From a virus (lineage: Duplodnaviria > Caudoviricetes), in the IMG/VR virus record IMGVR_UViG_3300037507_000754, positions 1,367-65,366 of that record: 64,000 nt of DNA; one strand, written 5' to 3'. The notes below the pieces were generated by a model, which was given only the letters and a program-made list of their open reading frames with translations, ran no database searches and was not told the origin of the DNA. The first letter of the stretch is position 1, and each line of letters starts with the position of its first letter. Below are positions 6,755 through 16,481 of this stretch, piece after piece. Both the position numbers and the translations under genes were made by a program.

Positions 6755-7827
6755 GCATTTCGTTCGTCAATAGCGTCCTCCAATTCGTCGGTCTTAGTGG
6801 TGGTGACGTTGGTGTCGGCAGGGGTCGGGGCTGTGGTCGGTGTCGGTGTGGTGTTGGTGGTGTGTACCTCAGCCCAGCGCAGCCAGTGTGCATGCTGGTC
6901 CTCCGTCAGCTTCGAAGCGTGCACCCTCCCTTCAGTCACCTTCAGCCCCAACGCTGACATCAACATCACGTTGCCCGACTCGTAGGGCAAGGTCTCCCCT
7001 CCGGGGGAACGGATGTCAATGCGCCCCACCTTCGCCATGCGTGGGTCTTTCTTGTTGACGTATGCGTCATAGATCAGCACCTCGCCCGTCACTGGGCACC
7101 GCTCAGGGTAGATCAGCTCGCCCTCGTAACGCATGAGTGCGTCAGCCGCTGAGAACTTCCCGGCCAACTTCGGCGTGCCCACAGGCGACCGCAACCACAA
7201 CTGATAGGAGTGTGTACGCGCCAGCATCGTCATCCTCACGACGTGCTTCCACCTCTCATCATCTTTGTAGTCAGCACGCGCTTTGGGTACCGGTGCAACC
7301 TCCGGCGCACCGAGCGACTTCACAATGACGGTCTCACTCACGTCGTACATCATGGCAAGCACGCCTATCGCTTCCTTCGGCACCGGGGCATCCGCAGGCA
7401 AGCCCAACTTGCCCATCATGCGCTCAGCACTCGATCGAATGGCACGCTTGCGGATGCCCAACAGGACGTTGCTCTTGACGGCGTAGGGGCCTGAGCCCAT
7501 CGCTTGCAGGTCGTTGCCCAGGGCTTCGAACACGGGCAGGTGGATCATCTCGTTGAACACGTCAGCACGCTCAGGCGTGTCCGCAGGCGGCAGGGCGTTG
7601 CCCTCAGCGACGTAGGCACGCAGCGCCTCAATGGCGAAGCCAGGGACGGCGTACTGGTAGCTGACGAAGTACCAGACTTGATCCCCTCCGGTCCCTCCGA
7701 GGCCGTAGGCAGGCACGGGCTTTCCCCACACGGCGCGGGGCATGTGGGCGTTGTGCCGGAAGAGTGGCACCCCCTTGGGAGAGAGGTAGACGCGGCTGAG
7801 GAGCGAGGAGGGGAAGATGAGGTCCAT
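6751..7827 (-). CDS. hypothetical protein with a degenerate HNH-like C-terminal region and a Thr/Pro tail
   Basis: 358-aa ORF; YPERCPVTG...GRIDIR...YESGNVMLMS. Confidence 0.6.
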   Translation of the reverse strand: MDLIFPSSLLSRVYLSPKGVPLFRHNAHMPRAVWGKPVPAYGLGGTGGDQVWYFVSYQYAVPGFAIEALRAYVAEGNALPPADTPERADVFNEMIHLPVFEALGNDLQAMGSGPYAVKSNVLLGIRKRAIRSSAERMMGKLGLPADAPVPKEAIGVLAMMYDVSETVIVKSLGAPEVAPVPKARADYKDDERWKHVVRMTMLARTHSYQLWLRSPVGTPKLAGKFSAADALMRYEGELIYPERCPVTGEVLIYDAYVNKKDPRMAKVGRIDIRSPGGETLPYESGNVMLMSALGLKVTEGRVHASKLTEDQHAHWLRWAEVHTTNTTPTPTTAPTPADTNVTTTKTDELEDAIDERNA

Positions 7828-7889
7828 GAGCAGGGGCTCCGGTGGGTTGAGGACCGACTATTATAAACACAGCCGGTGGGGCTGTGAGT

Positions 7890-8390
7890 TATTTATCACA
7901 TCGCTTACCTATGGAAATCTTTTGGAGATCAATTCGTCAGCGCTATAGATCACGGTCGTTTTTGAGTAGTGTCAAATTTGTGTGTTGTTCCGGAAAATGT
8001 TCCGAAAAAGGGCCAATGTTCTGTGTGTTGTTCCGGATTTTGTTGTTTTCAGGAACGTAAAATAATCACAAAATGTCTATGATTTTGTTAGGGGTCGACG
8101 AGCGTTGTTCCAAAAAAATTGTGTTTTGGGAAAATGAAGATAGCGTCTACAGAGTGGCACATAAAAGAGTAAACAACAAAAAGTGGAATTCGGGCACCCG
8201 CGCGCCAAAAAACACACAAAAACCCGTATAAACATAAAATATAGATAACTTAGGGATACCACCTACCTATACCTCCTATTCATTTTTCTTAAAAACACAG
8301 AACAACCGGAACATTAGTACAAGAGTCTTAGAGAATCAACGACTTACGCCGTTCCAAAAACCGCAAAAAACCGGAACGCTGTTCGAACAT
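7890..8390. other. AT-rich non-coding region with repeated (T)GTTCC/GGAAC motifs; candidate replication origin
   Basis: Sharp drop in GC, A/T tracts, many GTTCC copies mostly in inverted arrangement. Confidence 0.5.
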
Positions 8391-8479
8391 TTGGGCGGGG
8401 TGCCTGCTCGCGTGCTCAGACTGGGATCGGGTGTCAAGTGCAGGGATCGGGTGTCCAGAGGGGTGCTATGTGTAGGTTT

Positions 8480-8496
8480 GTTATACACTGTATAAC
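8480..8496. promoter_or_regulatory. 17-bp palindrome GTTATACA-C-TGTATAAC, operator-like
   Basis: Perfect dyad; second copy at 9444-9460. Confidence 0.55.
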
Positions 8497-8635
8497 ATTG
8501 GTTGCGTGGGGCAATTCGTCCGCGCAATGCGTCCGTGTACACGTCGCAGGCGCGTGGGCTCGCGTGCCGCTGATAGTCCGTCGTGCTCGCGTGCCCGCTC
8601 GCGTACTCGCGTGCTTTTGACACCCGGTCCGGACG

Positions 8636-8697
8636 CAAAAAAGCCCGCAGGGCGCGAACCCTGCGGGCACAAAAAAGCCCCGACTCTCGTCGGGGCT
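8636..8697 (-). terminator. two tandem intrinsic terminators
   Basis: gcccgcaggg..ccctgcgggc and gccccgac..gtcggggc hairpins, each followed by T6 on the minus strand, just after the stop at 8713. Confidence 0.85.
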
Positions 8698-8712
8698 CTT
8701 GGGGTCAGGCCG

Positions 8713-9351
8713 TCAGGCCTTCCTGACCCTGCGCATGAGTGCAATCATCTCCAGTCCTGCGGACTCAAATCGGTCGACATCTGCCACGTCGACTAACTTC
8801 GTCTTCCGGGCCATGAGACCCTGGATCATGACGATTGGGTCGTCAGATTCCGTGGTCTTACCGTCCGTCTTTTCTTTCTTTTCCCGGGTCTTTTCGACCC
8901 CATTGGCAGTGTCGATATATTGTCGGACTCGGCTCATCATCGGGCCGTCGATCAACTGCATGTAGGTGCGACGCTGGGTCTTCAGAACATCATCGTCGAT
9001 GTCCCTAAGTTGATCCCGGGTCAACTCAAGCAAATCCGCGATAGTCCAGCGATTCGATCCCTTAGGGGACGTTTCGGATACTGACCCGGGGACAATTGAC
9101 TGGAATGTCATCCCTTTCTTTGATGCCGAGACACCTTGAACGATGAATCCCCTAACTTGATCGTGTACGGACTCATTCCAAAGCTCGTTCGGGTTTTTCT
9201 CGGTCGACTTGACCAGCATGCCCGACACAATCCCCGCCTTCGCGAGTGCCTTACCAGCCCGGGCCCATTTGTCCCGTGCGCCGTGTTCGGCCGCCGCAGC
9301 ATCCGAGATAGTGGCTGCAATAGGGGTCAAATCGAACTTCATTTGCGACAT
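8713..9351 (-). CDS. hypothetical protein in a stand-alone transcription unit
   Basis: ATG at 9351 with AAAGGAG RBS; 212 aa. Confidence 0.75.
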   Translation of the reverse strand: MSQMKFDLTPIAATISDAAAAEHGARDKWARAGKALAKAGIVSGMLVKSTEKNPNELWNESVHDQVRGFIVQGVSASKKGMTFQSIVPGSVSETSPKGSNRWTIADLLELTRDQLRDIDDDVLKTQRRTYMQLIDGPMMSRVRQYIDTANGVEKTREKKEKTDGKTTESDDPIVMIQGLMARKTKLVDVADVDRFESAGLEMIALMRRVRKA

Positions 9352-9443
9352 GGTATCTACTCCTTTAGTCGCACCGGACAACTGTCCGGCCCAGTGTAGG
9401 AACTAGTTTCCTACACACTAGGGGAACCCGTGGGAATCGGCAC

Positions 9444-9460
9444 GTTAAACACTGTATAAC
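9444..9460. promoter_or_regulatory. second copy of the 17-bp palindrome (GTTAAACACTGTATAAC)
   Basis: 16/17 identical to 8480-8496. Confidence 0.55.
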
Positions 9461-9702
9461 CCAGCCCCGGACCCCCACCGTCCCCCCACCCCCCGCTATG
9501 GGTTTGGAGTCCCGCCCGCCCGCTACGCTGTATTCCGCACCCACGATGACGTATTTTTTAGCGGCGTGGGACTTTAACAAGTACACCCCCGGGGTACTTA
9601 AATATGCGAACACCCCCCGTCAATGGTACCTAAAGTACCCCCCGGTTTATGGTACCAAAATGGGCAGCAAAACGGCACGGGATAGAACCAAAACTTCCCT
9701 AG

Positions 9703-9732
9703 TTGACGCCACCAATGGCAATGCGGTACCAT
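9703..9732 (+). promoter_or_regulatory. candidate late-operon promoter TTGACG-N18-TACCAT
   Basis: Near-consensus hexamers about 35 nt upstream of the first late gene. Confidence 0.4.
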
Positions 9733-9766
9733 GGCATTACGCCCGGGTGCGGCGCAGGAAGCCACC

Positions 9767-10363
9767 ATGATCAAAACGCAGGTTGAAGACTTCGTCCCAC
9801 TGCCCATAGGCAAGCCCCCGCAAGGGGTTTCGTACAACGAGGTGCGAGCCCGTGCACAGGCCGCGTGCAACACCGCTGGCCTTTTGCTGTCTGAGGGCTA
9901 CGAGGACGAGCCACCTGACGTGTGTGAGCTGACCGACGTGGCAGAGAACGTGTTGCGCTCCGCAAGCAAGGGTGAGACGCCACCGAAGGTCAATGGGGCC
10001 TTGGAAACGCCCGAGGGTGCCTACTACGTCAATGCCATCCTGACCCGGTACGACATGGAGGTGGTGCGGGATGCCAAGCGCTTGCGCCACTACGTCACCA
10101 ATCGGCTGATCATCGAGTCGGAAAACCCCGACGCCCGCATCAGAATGCGAGCCCTTGAGATGCTCGGCAAGGTCAGCGACGTCGGACTGTTCACCGAACG
10201 CACCGAGATCACCGTCAACAATCGCTCGACGGTCGACCTTGAGAACACCCTCAAGGACAAGTTGCGCAAGCTCATGGGTACGGAAGACGCTGAAGAGGCG
10301 GTGGTGCTGGCTCCGCCCATCACAACCACTAAACCAATCGACGTTGACGCGCTGTTGAGCTGA
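9767..10363 (+). CDS. putative terminase small subunit
   Basis: Directly upstream of terL; RMRALEMLGKVSDVGLFTER motif typical of TerS C-termini. Confidence 0.6.
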   Translation: MIKTQVEDFVPLPIGKPPQGVSYNEVRARAQAACNTAGLLLSEGYEDEPPDVCELTDVAENVLRSASKGETPPKVNGALETPEGAYYVNAILTRYDMEVVRDAKRLRHYVTNRLIIESENPDARIRMRALEMLGKVSDVGLFTERTEITVNNRSTVDLENTLKDKLRKLMGTEDAEEAVVLAPPITTTKPIDVDALLS

Positions 10364-10393
10364 CCCCCAACCCAACCCAACCCAACTCGACCC

Positions 10394-11941
10394 GTGCTGA
10401 CCGAACAGGAGATCCAATTCGCCTTGGCGAACATCCACAGGCTGACTGCCGATGAGCAGACACGCCTACTGTCGGTGCTGGAGGAGCTGGAGCGGAGAAA
10501 GCACGCGAAGCGGTGTCAGGATGACCTGTTGGCATTCTGTCAACATATGGACCCATCGTATGTCATCGCTACCCACCACAAACGACTTGCGGAACTGCTG
10601 ACAAACATCGCTTACGGGCTCAAAGACCGGATCGCAGTCTCCATCCCCCCTCGGCATGGCAAGTCGCACCTGATCAGCACGCTGTTTCCAACATGGTTTT
10701 TGGGGAAATTCCCCAATAAAAAGGTGCTGATGGTGTCACACACTGGCGATCTGGCCGTCGATTTTGGTCGAAAGGTGCGAAACCTCATTGATGACGCACG
10801 TTACAAGGCCGTATTTCCCGGGATCACTCTTGCTCAGGACTCAAAAAGCGCTGGACGGTGGTCAACCAACTCCGGAGGGGAGTATTTCGCCACGGGCGTC
10901 GGTGCCGCCCTCGCTGGTCGCGGTGCTGACCTCCTTTTAGTCGACGATCCGCACTCAGAACAAGACCTGCTTACGGGCAATTTCGATGAACTGGAGAAAA
11001 CCTACCAGTGGTTCGCCTTCGGCGCACGTACCCGTCTCATGTCAGGGGGCCGTATAGCGGTAGTCCACACCCGCTGGCACCAAGATGACCTCATTGGGCA
11101 CCTGATCAAGGACGGTGCCAACAATCCCAAGGCAGATCAGTACGAAGTCTTCGAGTTCCCAGCCATACTAACCGTCGAAAAGGAAGGCCCAGATGGCGTT
11201 GAAGTTGTCGAAAAGGCCCTTTGGCCGGAAAAGTTCGATCTCGAAGCCTTGGAGCGGACCAAAGCGTCCATGCCGCTGTTCCAATGGAACGCACAGTACA
11301 TGCAGAACCCCACCGGGGAGCAGGGTGCGATTATTCAGCGCGATTGGTGGCGATCTTGGAAGTTGGACGACCCGCCCAAGTGTGATTTTGTCATCATGAC
11401 GTTGGACGCAGCGGCGGAAAAGAACAACCGTGCCGACTTCACAGCACTCCTGACCTGGGGTGTGTTTACCGACGACAATCTGACCAACGGCGAGCCACAC
11501 ATCATCCTACTGAACGCCATCAACGTGCGTGTTGAGTTCCCGGAACTGAAAGACCTCGCCATTCGCGAGTGGAACGAATGGGAGCCGGAAGCGTTCATTG
11601 TCGAGAAGAAGTCCAGCGGGGTGCCTCTGTACCAAGAGCTACGCCGTATGGGTATCCCGGTGCAAGAATTTACGCCGCACCGTGGCACCGGTGATAAAGT
11701 GGCTCGTCTGAGCGCCGTGGCTGACATCATCCGCAGCGGCATGGTCTGGTATCCCGAGGGACGACGGTGGGCTGAAGAAGTGATTGAACAGTGCGTGGCA
11801 TTCCCCTTCGGGTCCCATGACGACATGGTGGACTGCACCTCGATGGCGCTGTCGCGCTTCAGACAAGGTGGGCTGATTGGCTTGCCATCTGACTTCCGCG
11901 AACCTCAACATTTCCACGCCCGCAAAGCGGCGTACTACTGA
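10394..11941 (+). CDS. terL: terminase large subunit
   Basis: Walker A PPRHGKS, Walker B LLLVDDP, TRWHQDDL, nuclease residues LDAA...HDDMVD. Confidence 0.95.
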   Translation: MLTEQEIQFALANIHRLTADEQTRLLSVLEELERRKHAKRCQDDLLAFCQHMDPSYVIATHHKRLAELLTNIAYGLKDRIAVSIPPRHGKSHLISTLFPTWFLGKFPNKKVLMVSHTGDLAVDFGRKVRNLIDDARYKAVFPGITLAQDSKSAGRWSTNSGGEYFATGVGAALAGRGADLLLVDDPHSEQDLLTGNFDELEKTYQWFAFGARTRLMSGGRIAVVHTRWHQDDLIGHLIKDGANNPKADQYEVFEFPAILTVEKEGPDGVEVVEKALWPEKFDLEALERTKASMPLFQWNAQYMQNPTGEQGAIIQRDWWRSWKLDDPPKCDFVIMTLDAAAEKNNRADFTALLTWGVFTDDNLTNGEPHIILLNAINVRVEFPELKDLAIREWNEWEPEAFIVEKKSSGVPLYQELRRMGIPVQEFTPHRGTGDKVARLSAVADIIRSGMVWYPEGRRWAEEVIEQCVAFPFGSHDDMVDCTSMALSRFRQGGLIGLPSDFREPQHFHARKAAYY

Positions 11942-11971
11942 CCCAACACCCCAACAGCCTTCGGAGCCCTC

Positions 11972-14425
11972 ATGGCGACCAACATTGACAAAGCGTTGTA
12001 CTCGACGGGCGTGCCGCCCCTGCCGGAGGTAATGGGCGATGAGCCTGCCCTTGAGATCGAGATCGAAAACCCGGACAGTGTCACCATCGACACCGATGGC
12101 GTTGAGATCACCCTCGTGCCAGGAGATGATGACCTGGGCGACGACTTTGAAGCGAACTTGGCCGACATCCTTGACGAAGCGATCCTCGAAGAGGTTTCCG
12201 GGGGGCTGTTGGGTGACTACGACAACGACATCAACAGCCGGAAAGACTGGGAGGAGACCTATGCTAATGGGTTGAAGCTCCTGGGTCTCAAGTATGAGGA
12301 GCGGACGGAACCGTGGAGCGGCGCGTGCGGCGTCTTCTCCCCCATCCTGACAGAAGCTGTCGTGCGCTTCCAGAGCGAGGCCATCACCGAACTGTTCCCT
12401 GCCGCAGGCCCCGTCAAGGCCAAGATCCTTGGGAAACATACAAAACAAAAAGAAGAGGCCGCTGCGCGGGTGCAGGACGATATGAACTACCAGTTGACGG
12501 AAGTCATGGTGGAGTATCGCCCGGAGCATGAGAAACTCTTGTGGAACCTGCCGATCGCGGGCTCTGCCTTCAAGAAGGTCTACTACGACCCCAACCTCGA
12601 CCGTCAGGTCTCGACTTTCATCCCCGCTGAAGACATCATCCTGCCTTACGGCACGTCGGAACTCACCTCGTGCCCACGCGTCACGCACAGGATGAGGAAG
12701 ACCAAGAACGAGATCTTGCGTCTCCAGAACGCCGGGTTCTACCGTGACATCGACATCGGTGAGCCCAGCAAGAACATTGATGAGATACAGGAACGCAAGG
12801 ATGAGGAGACCGGCTTCGCCGCCACCCATGACGACAGATTTTTGTTGTTGGAGATCCACGTCGAGCTGAGCATCCCGGGCGACGAGCACAAGGACAAGGA
12901 CGGCAACCCCACCGCCATCGAGCGGCCCTACGTCGTCACGGTGATTAAAGATACCGGTGCAGTGCTCTCCATCAGGAGAAACTGGCTTGAAGGAGACTTG
13001 ACCCACCAAGCGCGTCAGCACTTCGTGCACTACCAGTACATCCCGGGCTTCGGTGCGTATGGCTTCGGGCTGATTCACCTCATCGGAGGCGCGGCCAAGA
13101 GCGCCACGAGCCTGACCCGCCAGTTGGTCGACGCCGGTACTCTGTCAAACCTTCCAGGGGGACTGAAGGCCCGTGGCCTTCGAATCAAAGGGGACGATAC
13201 CCCCATCGCCCCGGGCGAGTTCAGGGACGTCGACGTGCCCTCCGGCACGGTGCGCGACAACATCATGCCCCTGCCCTACAAGGAGCCGTCCCAGACGCTC
13301 CTGACGCTGCTGGGCAGCATCGTGGACGAGGCGCGGCGGTTCGCCGCCACAGCAGACCTCAAGGTCTCGGACATGTCCGCGCAGGCCCCGGTGGGCACCA
13401 TGCTGGCGCTGCTGGAGCGCCAGCTCAAGATCATGTCGGCGGTGCAGGCGCGGATGCACTACGCGATGAAACAGGAGCTGAAGCTCCTGAAGGCCATCAT
13501 CGCTGACTTCGCCCCGGAGTCCTACGACTACGAGCCTGACACGGCGGTGCCGCGTGCGCGGCAGAGCGACTACTCCCTCGTCGAGGTGATCCCGGTCAGC
13601 GACCCGAACGCGGCGACCATGAGCCAGCGGGTGGTGCAGTACCAAGCGGCGCTTCAGCTTGCCCAAGGGGCTCCGCAGATCTACAACCTGCCGCAGCTTC
13701 ACCGCCAGATGCTGGAGGTGCTGGGCATCAAGAACGCCGACAAGCTGGTCGCGCTGCCCGAGGACCAGAAGCCCCAGGACCCCATCACCGAGAACATGAA
13801 CGTGCTGCGCGGTAAGCCCGTCAAGGCCTTCGCGTACCAAGACCACGAGGCGCATATGGCCGCGCACCAGTCGTTCATGCAGGACCCGAAGATCGCAATG
13901 GCTATCGGTCAGAACCCGATGGCGCAGCAGATGATGGCTGCGCTTATGGCCCACATCGCGGAGCATGCTGGGTTCTCGTACCGGGCACAGATCGAGATGT
14001 CCCTCGGGGTCCCGCTGCCCGCGCTGGACGAGGACGACACCGCTCCCATCACGCTGGACGACGAGAAGGCTCTGGCTCCGCTGGTCGCCGCCGCTGCCCA
14101 GCGCACACTGGTGATGAACCAAGCGATGGCGGCGCAGCAGGCCGCACAACAGCAGGCCCAGAACCCTGAGCTTCAGATCGCTCAGGCGGAGTTGCAGCTC
14201 AAGGAGCGCGACAGCCAGCGCAAGGCCAAGAACGACGAGATGGACTTCATCGTCGCCCAAGAGCGCCTGCGACTCGACCGCGAACGACTCGCGTCAGAAA
14301 ACCGTAAGGCCACTATGAAGACCGTCATGGACAAGCAGTCCAAGGACGCGGATAGGGCGGTGAAGGTGATCCAAGCCTCCCGCCCGCGCCCTGTGCCTAA
14401 CCGTAACGGTAACCCTGGGAGCTGA
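11972..14425 (+). CDS. portal protein
   Basis: 817 aa after terL; P22-like layout with a Gln-rich helical C-terminus; GSAFKKVYYD. Confidence 0.85.
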   Translation: MATNIDKALYSTGVPPLPEVMGDEPALEIEIENPDSVTIDTDGVEITLVPGDDDLGDDFEANLADILDEAILEEVSGGLLGDYDNDINSRKDWEETYANGLKLLGLKYEERTEPWSGACGVFSPILTEAVVRFQSEAITELFPAAGPVKAKILGKHTKQKEEAAARVQDDMNYQLTEVMVEYRPEHEKLLWNLPIAGSAFKKVYYDPNLDRQVSTFIPAEDIILPYGTSELTSCPRVTHRMRKTKNEILRLQNAGFYRDIDIGEPSKNIDEIQERKDEETGFAATHDDRFLLLEIHVELSIPGDEHKDKDGNPTAIERPYVVTVIKDTGAVLSIRRNWLEGDLTHQARQHFVHYQYIPGFGAYGFGLIHLIGGAAKSATSLTRQLVDAGTLSNLPGGLKARGLRIKGDDTPIAPGEFRDVDVPSGTVRDNIMPLPYKEPSQTLLTLLGSIVDEARRFAATADLKVSDMSAQAPVGTMLALLERQLKIMSAVQARMHYAMKQELKLLKAIIADFAPESYDYEPDTAVPRARQSDYSLVEVIPVSDPNAATMSQRVVQYQAALQLAQGAPQIYNLPQLHRQMLEVLGIKNADKLVALPEDQKPQDPITENMNVLRGKPVKAFAYQDHEAHMAAHQSFMQDPKIAMAIGQNPMAQQMMAALMAHIAEHAGFSYRAQIEMSLGVPLPALDEDDTAPITLDDEKALAPLVAAAAQRTLVMNQAMAAQQAAQQQAQNPELQIAQAELQLKERDSQRKAKNDEMDFIVAQERLRLDRERLASENRKATMKTVMDKQSKDADRAVKVIQASRPRPVPNRNGNPGS

Positions 14426-14427
14426 AC

Positions 14428-14622
14428 ATGGACGAGAAGATCCTGATGGTGCTGCGCACCAAGATCAGAACCCAACTCAACGGTCTCACTGACAACATCG
14501 CCGGAGGTTCTGCCAAGGACTTCGGTGAATACCGTTACGCCTGCGGCGTGATCCACGGTTTGGCTCTGGCCGAGCGTGAACTCCTCGACCTCATTGAGGT
14601 CGCCAAACGCAACGACAACTGA
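14428..14622 (+). CDS. small hypothetical head-module protein
   Basis: 64 aa; GSAKDFGEYRYACGVIHGL. Confidence 0.7.
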   Translation: MDEKILMVLRTKIRTQLNGLTDNIAGGSAKDFGEYRYACGVIHGLALAERELLDLIEVAKRNDN

Positions 14623-14701
14623 TTCCCCCGGGCCGCTGGCCCGGACCCCCGCCGTGGTGCTCGGGCAAGCCACGGTGCCAACCTGCCCGCGAAAGTGAAC
14701 C

Positions 14702-15073
14702 ATGAGTGACGATATCAACGACATCTCCGACACCGAAAAGGCCCGCCAACTGCCTGAACCCTCGGGATACAAGCTGCTGTGCGCCCTCCCGGAAGTGGAG
14801 GACAAGTACGAGAGTGGCATCCTGAAGGCGGACACCACGCTTCGCGTCGAAGAGCACAGCACTGTGGTGCTGTTCGTGCTCAAGGCTGGACCCCAAGCCT
14901 ACGCCGACATGGACAAGTTCCCAAGCGGGCCGTGGTGCAAGGAGGGTGACTTCGTCATCACCCGCGCCTACGCGGGTACGCGGTTCAAGATCCACGGTCG
15001 TGAGTTCCGTCTGATCAATGACGATCAGGTGGAAGCCGTGGTGCAAGACCCCCGTGGTATCACTCGCGCTTAA
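14702..15073 (+). CDS. groES: GroES-like co-chaperonin
   Basis: PSGYKLL...ESGIL...VLKAGP...CKEGDFV..RAYAGTRFKIHGREFRLINDDQVEAVV. Confidence 0.8.
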   Translation: MSDDINDISDTEKARQLPEPSGYKLLCALPEVEDKYESGILKADTTLRVEEHSTVVLFVLKAGPQAYADMDKFPSGPWCKEGDFVITRAYAGTRFKIHGREFRLINDDQVEAVVQDPRGITRA

Positions 15074-15082
15074 GGAGCACCA

Positions 15083-16033
15083 ATGGCTGAGTTCAAATTC
15101 CCCGACGAGATCGAGACCAAGGACGACAAAGCCACCGATAAGGTGGAGTTCGAGGTTGAAAACGACGCCGAGATCGAGGTTGTCGATGACACCCCCGACC
15201 AGGACAGGGGCCGCAAACCCTTGGAAAAGCCCGTGGAAGAGCCCACGGACGACGAACTGGCGCAGTATGGCGAGAAGGTTCGCAGTCGGATCAAGGAGCT
15301 GACGCACGCTCGTCACGATGAGCGCCGCGCCAAAGAGGCGCTGGAGCGGCAGAACCAAGAGGCCATCCGTGCCGCTCAGATACTGTTCGAGGAGAACAAG
15401 AAGCTCAAGGGACAGATCGACAAGGGTACCGGTGCGTTCGTCTCTCAAGCGCAGCGACTCGCGGAAGTCGAAGTCGAAAAGGCCAAGAGTGCGCTGAAAG
15501 CCGCACACGAGGCTGGAGATACCGAGGCGTTTGTTGAGGCACAGGCCAAGCTGAACGAAGCGGTGTTCATGCAGCAGCGTGCCAAAGCACTCAAGCCTGC
15601 CCCCTTGCAATCTGAAGAACAACGTGGTAACGTTGCTCCTCAACAGCCCTCGCAACAAGCACCGGTTACTCAACTCGATCCAGCCACAGAGGCTTGGAAA
15701 CAGCGTAACTCGTGGTTCGGTGAAGACGAAGAGATGACGAGTCTCGCGATGGGCGTGCACAACAAGCTCGTCAGATCCGGGTACAACCCGGGGTCGAAAG
15801 AGTACTTCGATACCATCGACTCTCGGCTACGCCAAGTCTTCCCCGACAAGTTCGAGACTCCCAAGTCCGAACCGGCCCGCAGGCCGCCTACCGTCGTAGC
15901 ACCGACGCAAAGAGCTACGTCAGCGAAGAAGATCAAGCTGACGCAATCGCAAGTAGCAATCGCCCGACGCCTCGGCGTCCCCTTGGAAGAGTATGCCCGC
16001 AACGTGGCAAAACTGGAGCAGCAGAATGGCTGA
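15083..16033 (+). CDS. putative capsid scaffolding protein
   Basis: Acidic N-terminus, coiled coil, C-terminal LTQSQVAIARRLGVPLEEYA; upstream of the capsid gene. Confidence 0.7.
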   Translation: MAEFKFPDEIETKDDKATDKVEFEVENDAEIEVVDDTPDQDRGRKPLEKPVEEPTDDELAQYGEKVRSRIKELTHARHDERRAKEALERQNQEAIRAAQILFEENKKLKGQIDKGTGAFVSQAQRLAEVEVEKAKSALKAAHEAGDTEAFVEAQAKLNEAVFMQQRAKALKPAPLQSEEQRGNVAPQQPSQQAPVTQLDPATEAWKQRNSWFGEDEEMTSLAMGVHNKLVRSGYNPGSKEYFDTIDSRLRQVFPDKFETPKSEPARRPPTVVAPTQRATSAKKIKLTQSQVAIARRLGVPLEEYARNVAKLEQQNG

Positions 16034-16469
16034 GACCCGCACGCCCCGAGAACTCGCGACTCGCGAGAAGACGCAGCGTCGCTGGCGTCCCGCTTCTACG
16101 CTTCCTGATCCGACCCCGGAGCCCGGTGTGGGTTTTCGGTGGGTGATGACGCATCTGCTGGGGGAAGCGAACCCCACGAATGTGTCGCAACGACTGCGTG
16201 AGGGTTATGAGCCCGTCAAGGCAGAAGATCACCCTGAGTTGGCTTTCGAGGCCAACACCAAGACGGGGAACATCGAGATCGGCGGTCTGATGCTCTGCAA
16301 GATGCCCGACGATATGTTGAGTCAGCGCGTTACCCACTACGCGGACATGACCAACAGCCAGTCGCATTCCGTGAATTCCAAGTTCACAAGTCAAAGTGAC
16401 CCTCGCATGCCGTTGTTTGCTGAACAGAAAAGCAGCTCGTCGCGTGGGTCGTTCGGTAACGGTTCCTGA
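16026..16469 (+). CDS. hypothetical head-module protein
   Basis: ATG overlaps the scaffold stop; 147 aa. Confidence 0.7.
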   Translation: MAETRTPRELATREKTQRRWRPASTLPDPTPEPGVGFRWVMTHLLGEANPTNVSQRLREGYEPVKAEDHPELAFEANTKTGNIEIGGLMLCKMPDDMLSQRVTHYADMTNSQSHSVNSKFTSQSDPRMPLFAEQKSSSSRGSFGNGS

Positions 16470-16481
16470 TAGGAGTCATAA

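Noticed and set aside
8480-9460. LexA SOS boxes at the CTGTATAAC sites
   Set aside because: Neither fits CTGT-N8-ACAG.
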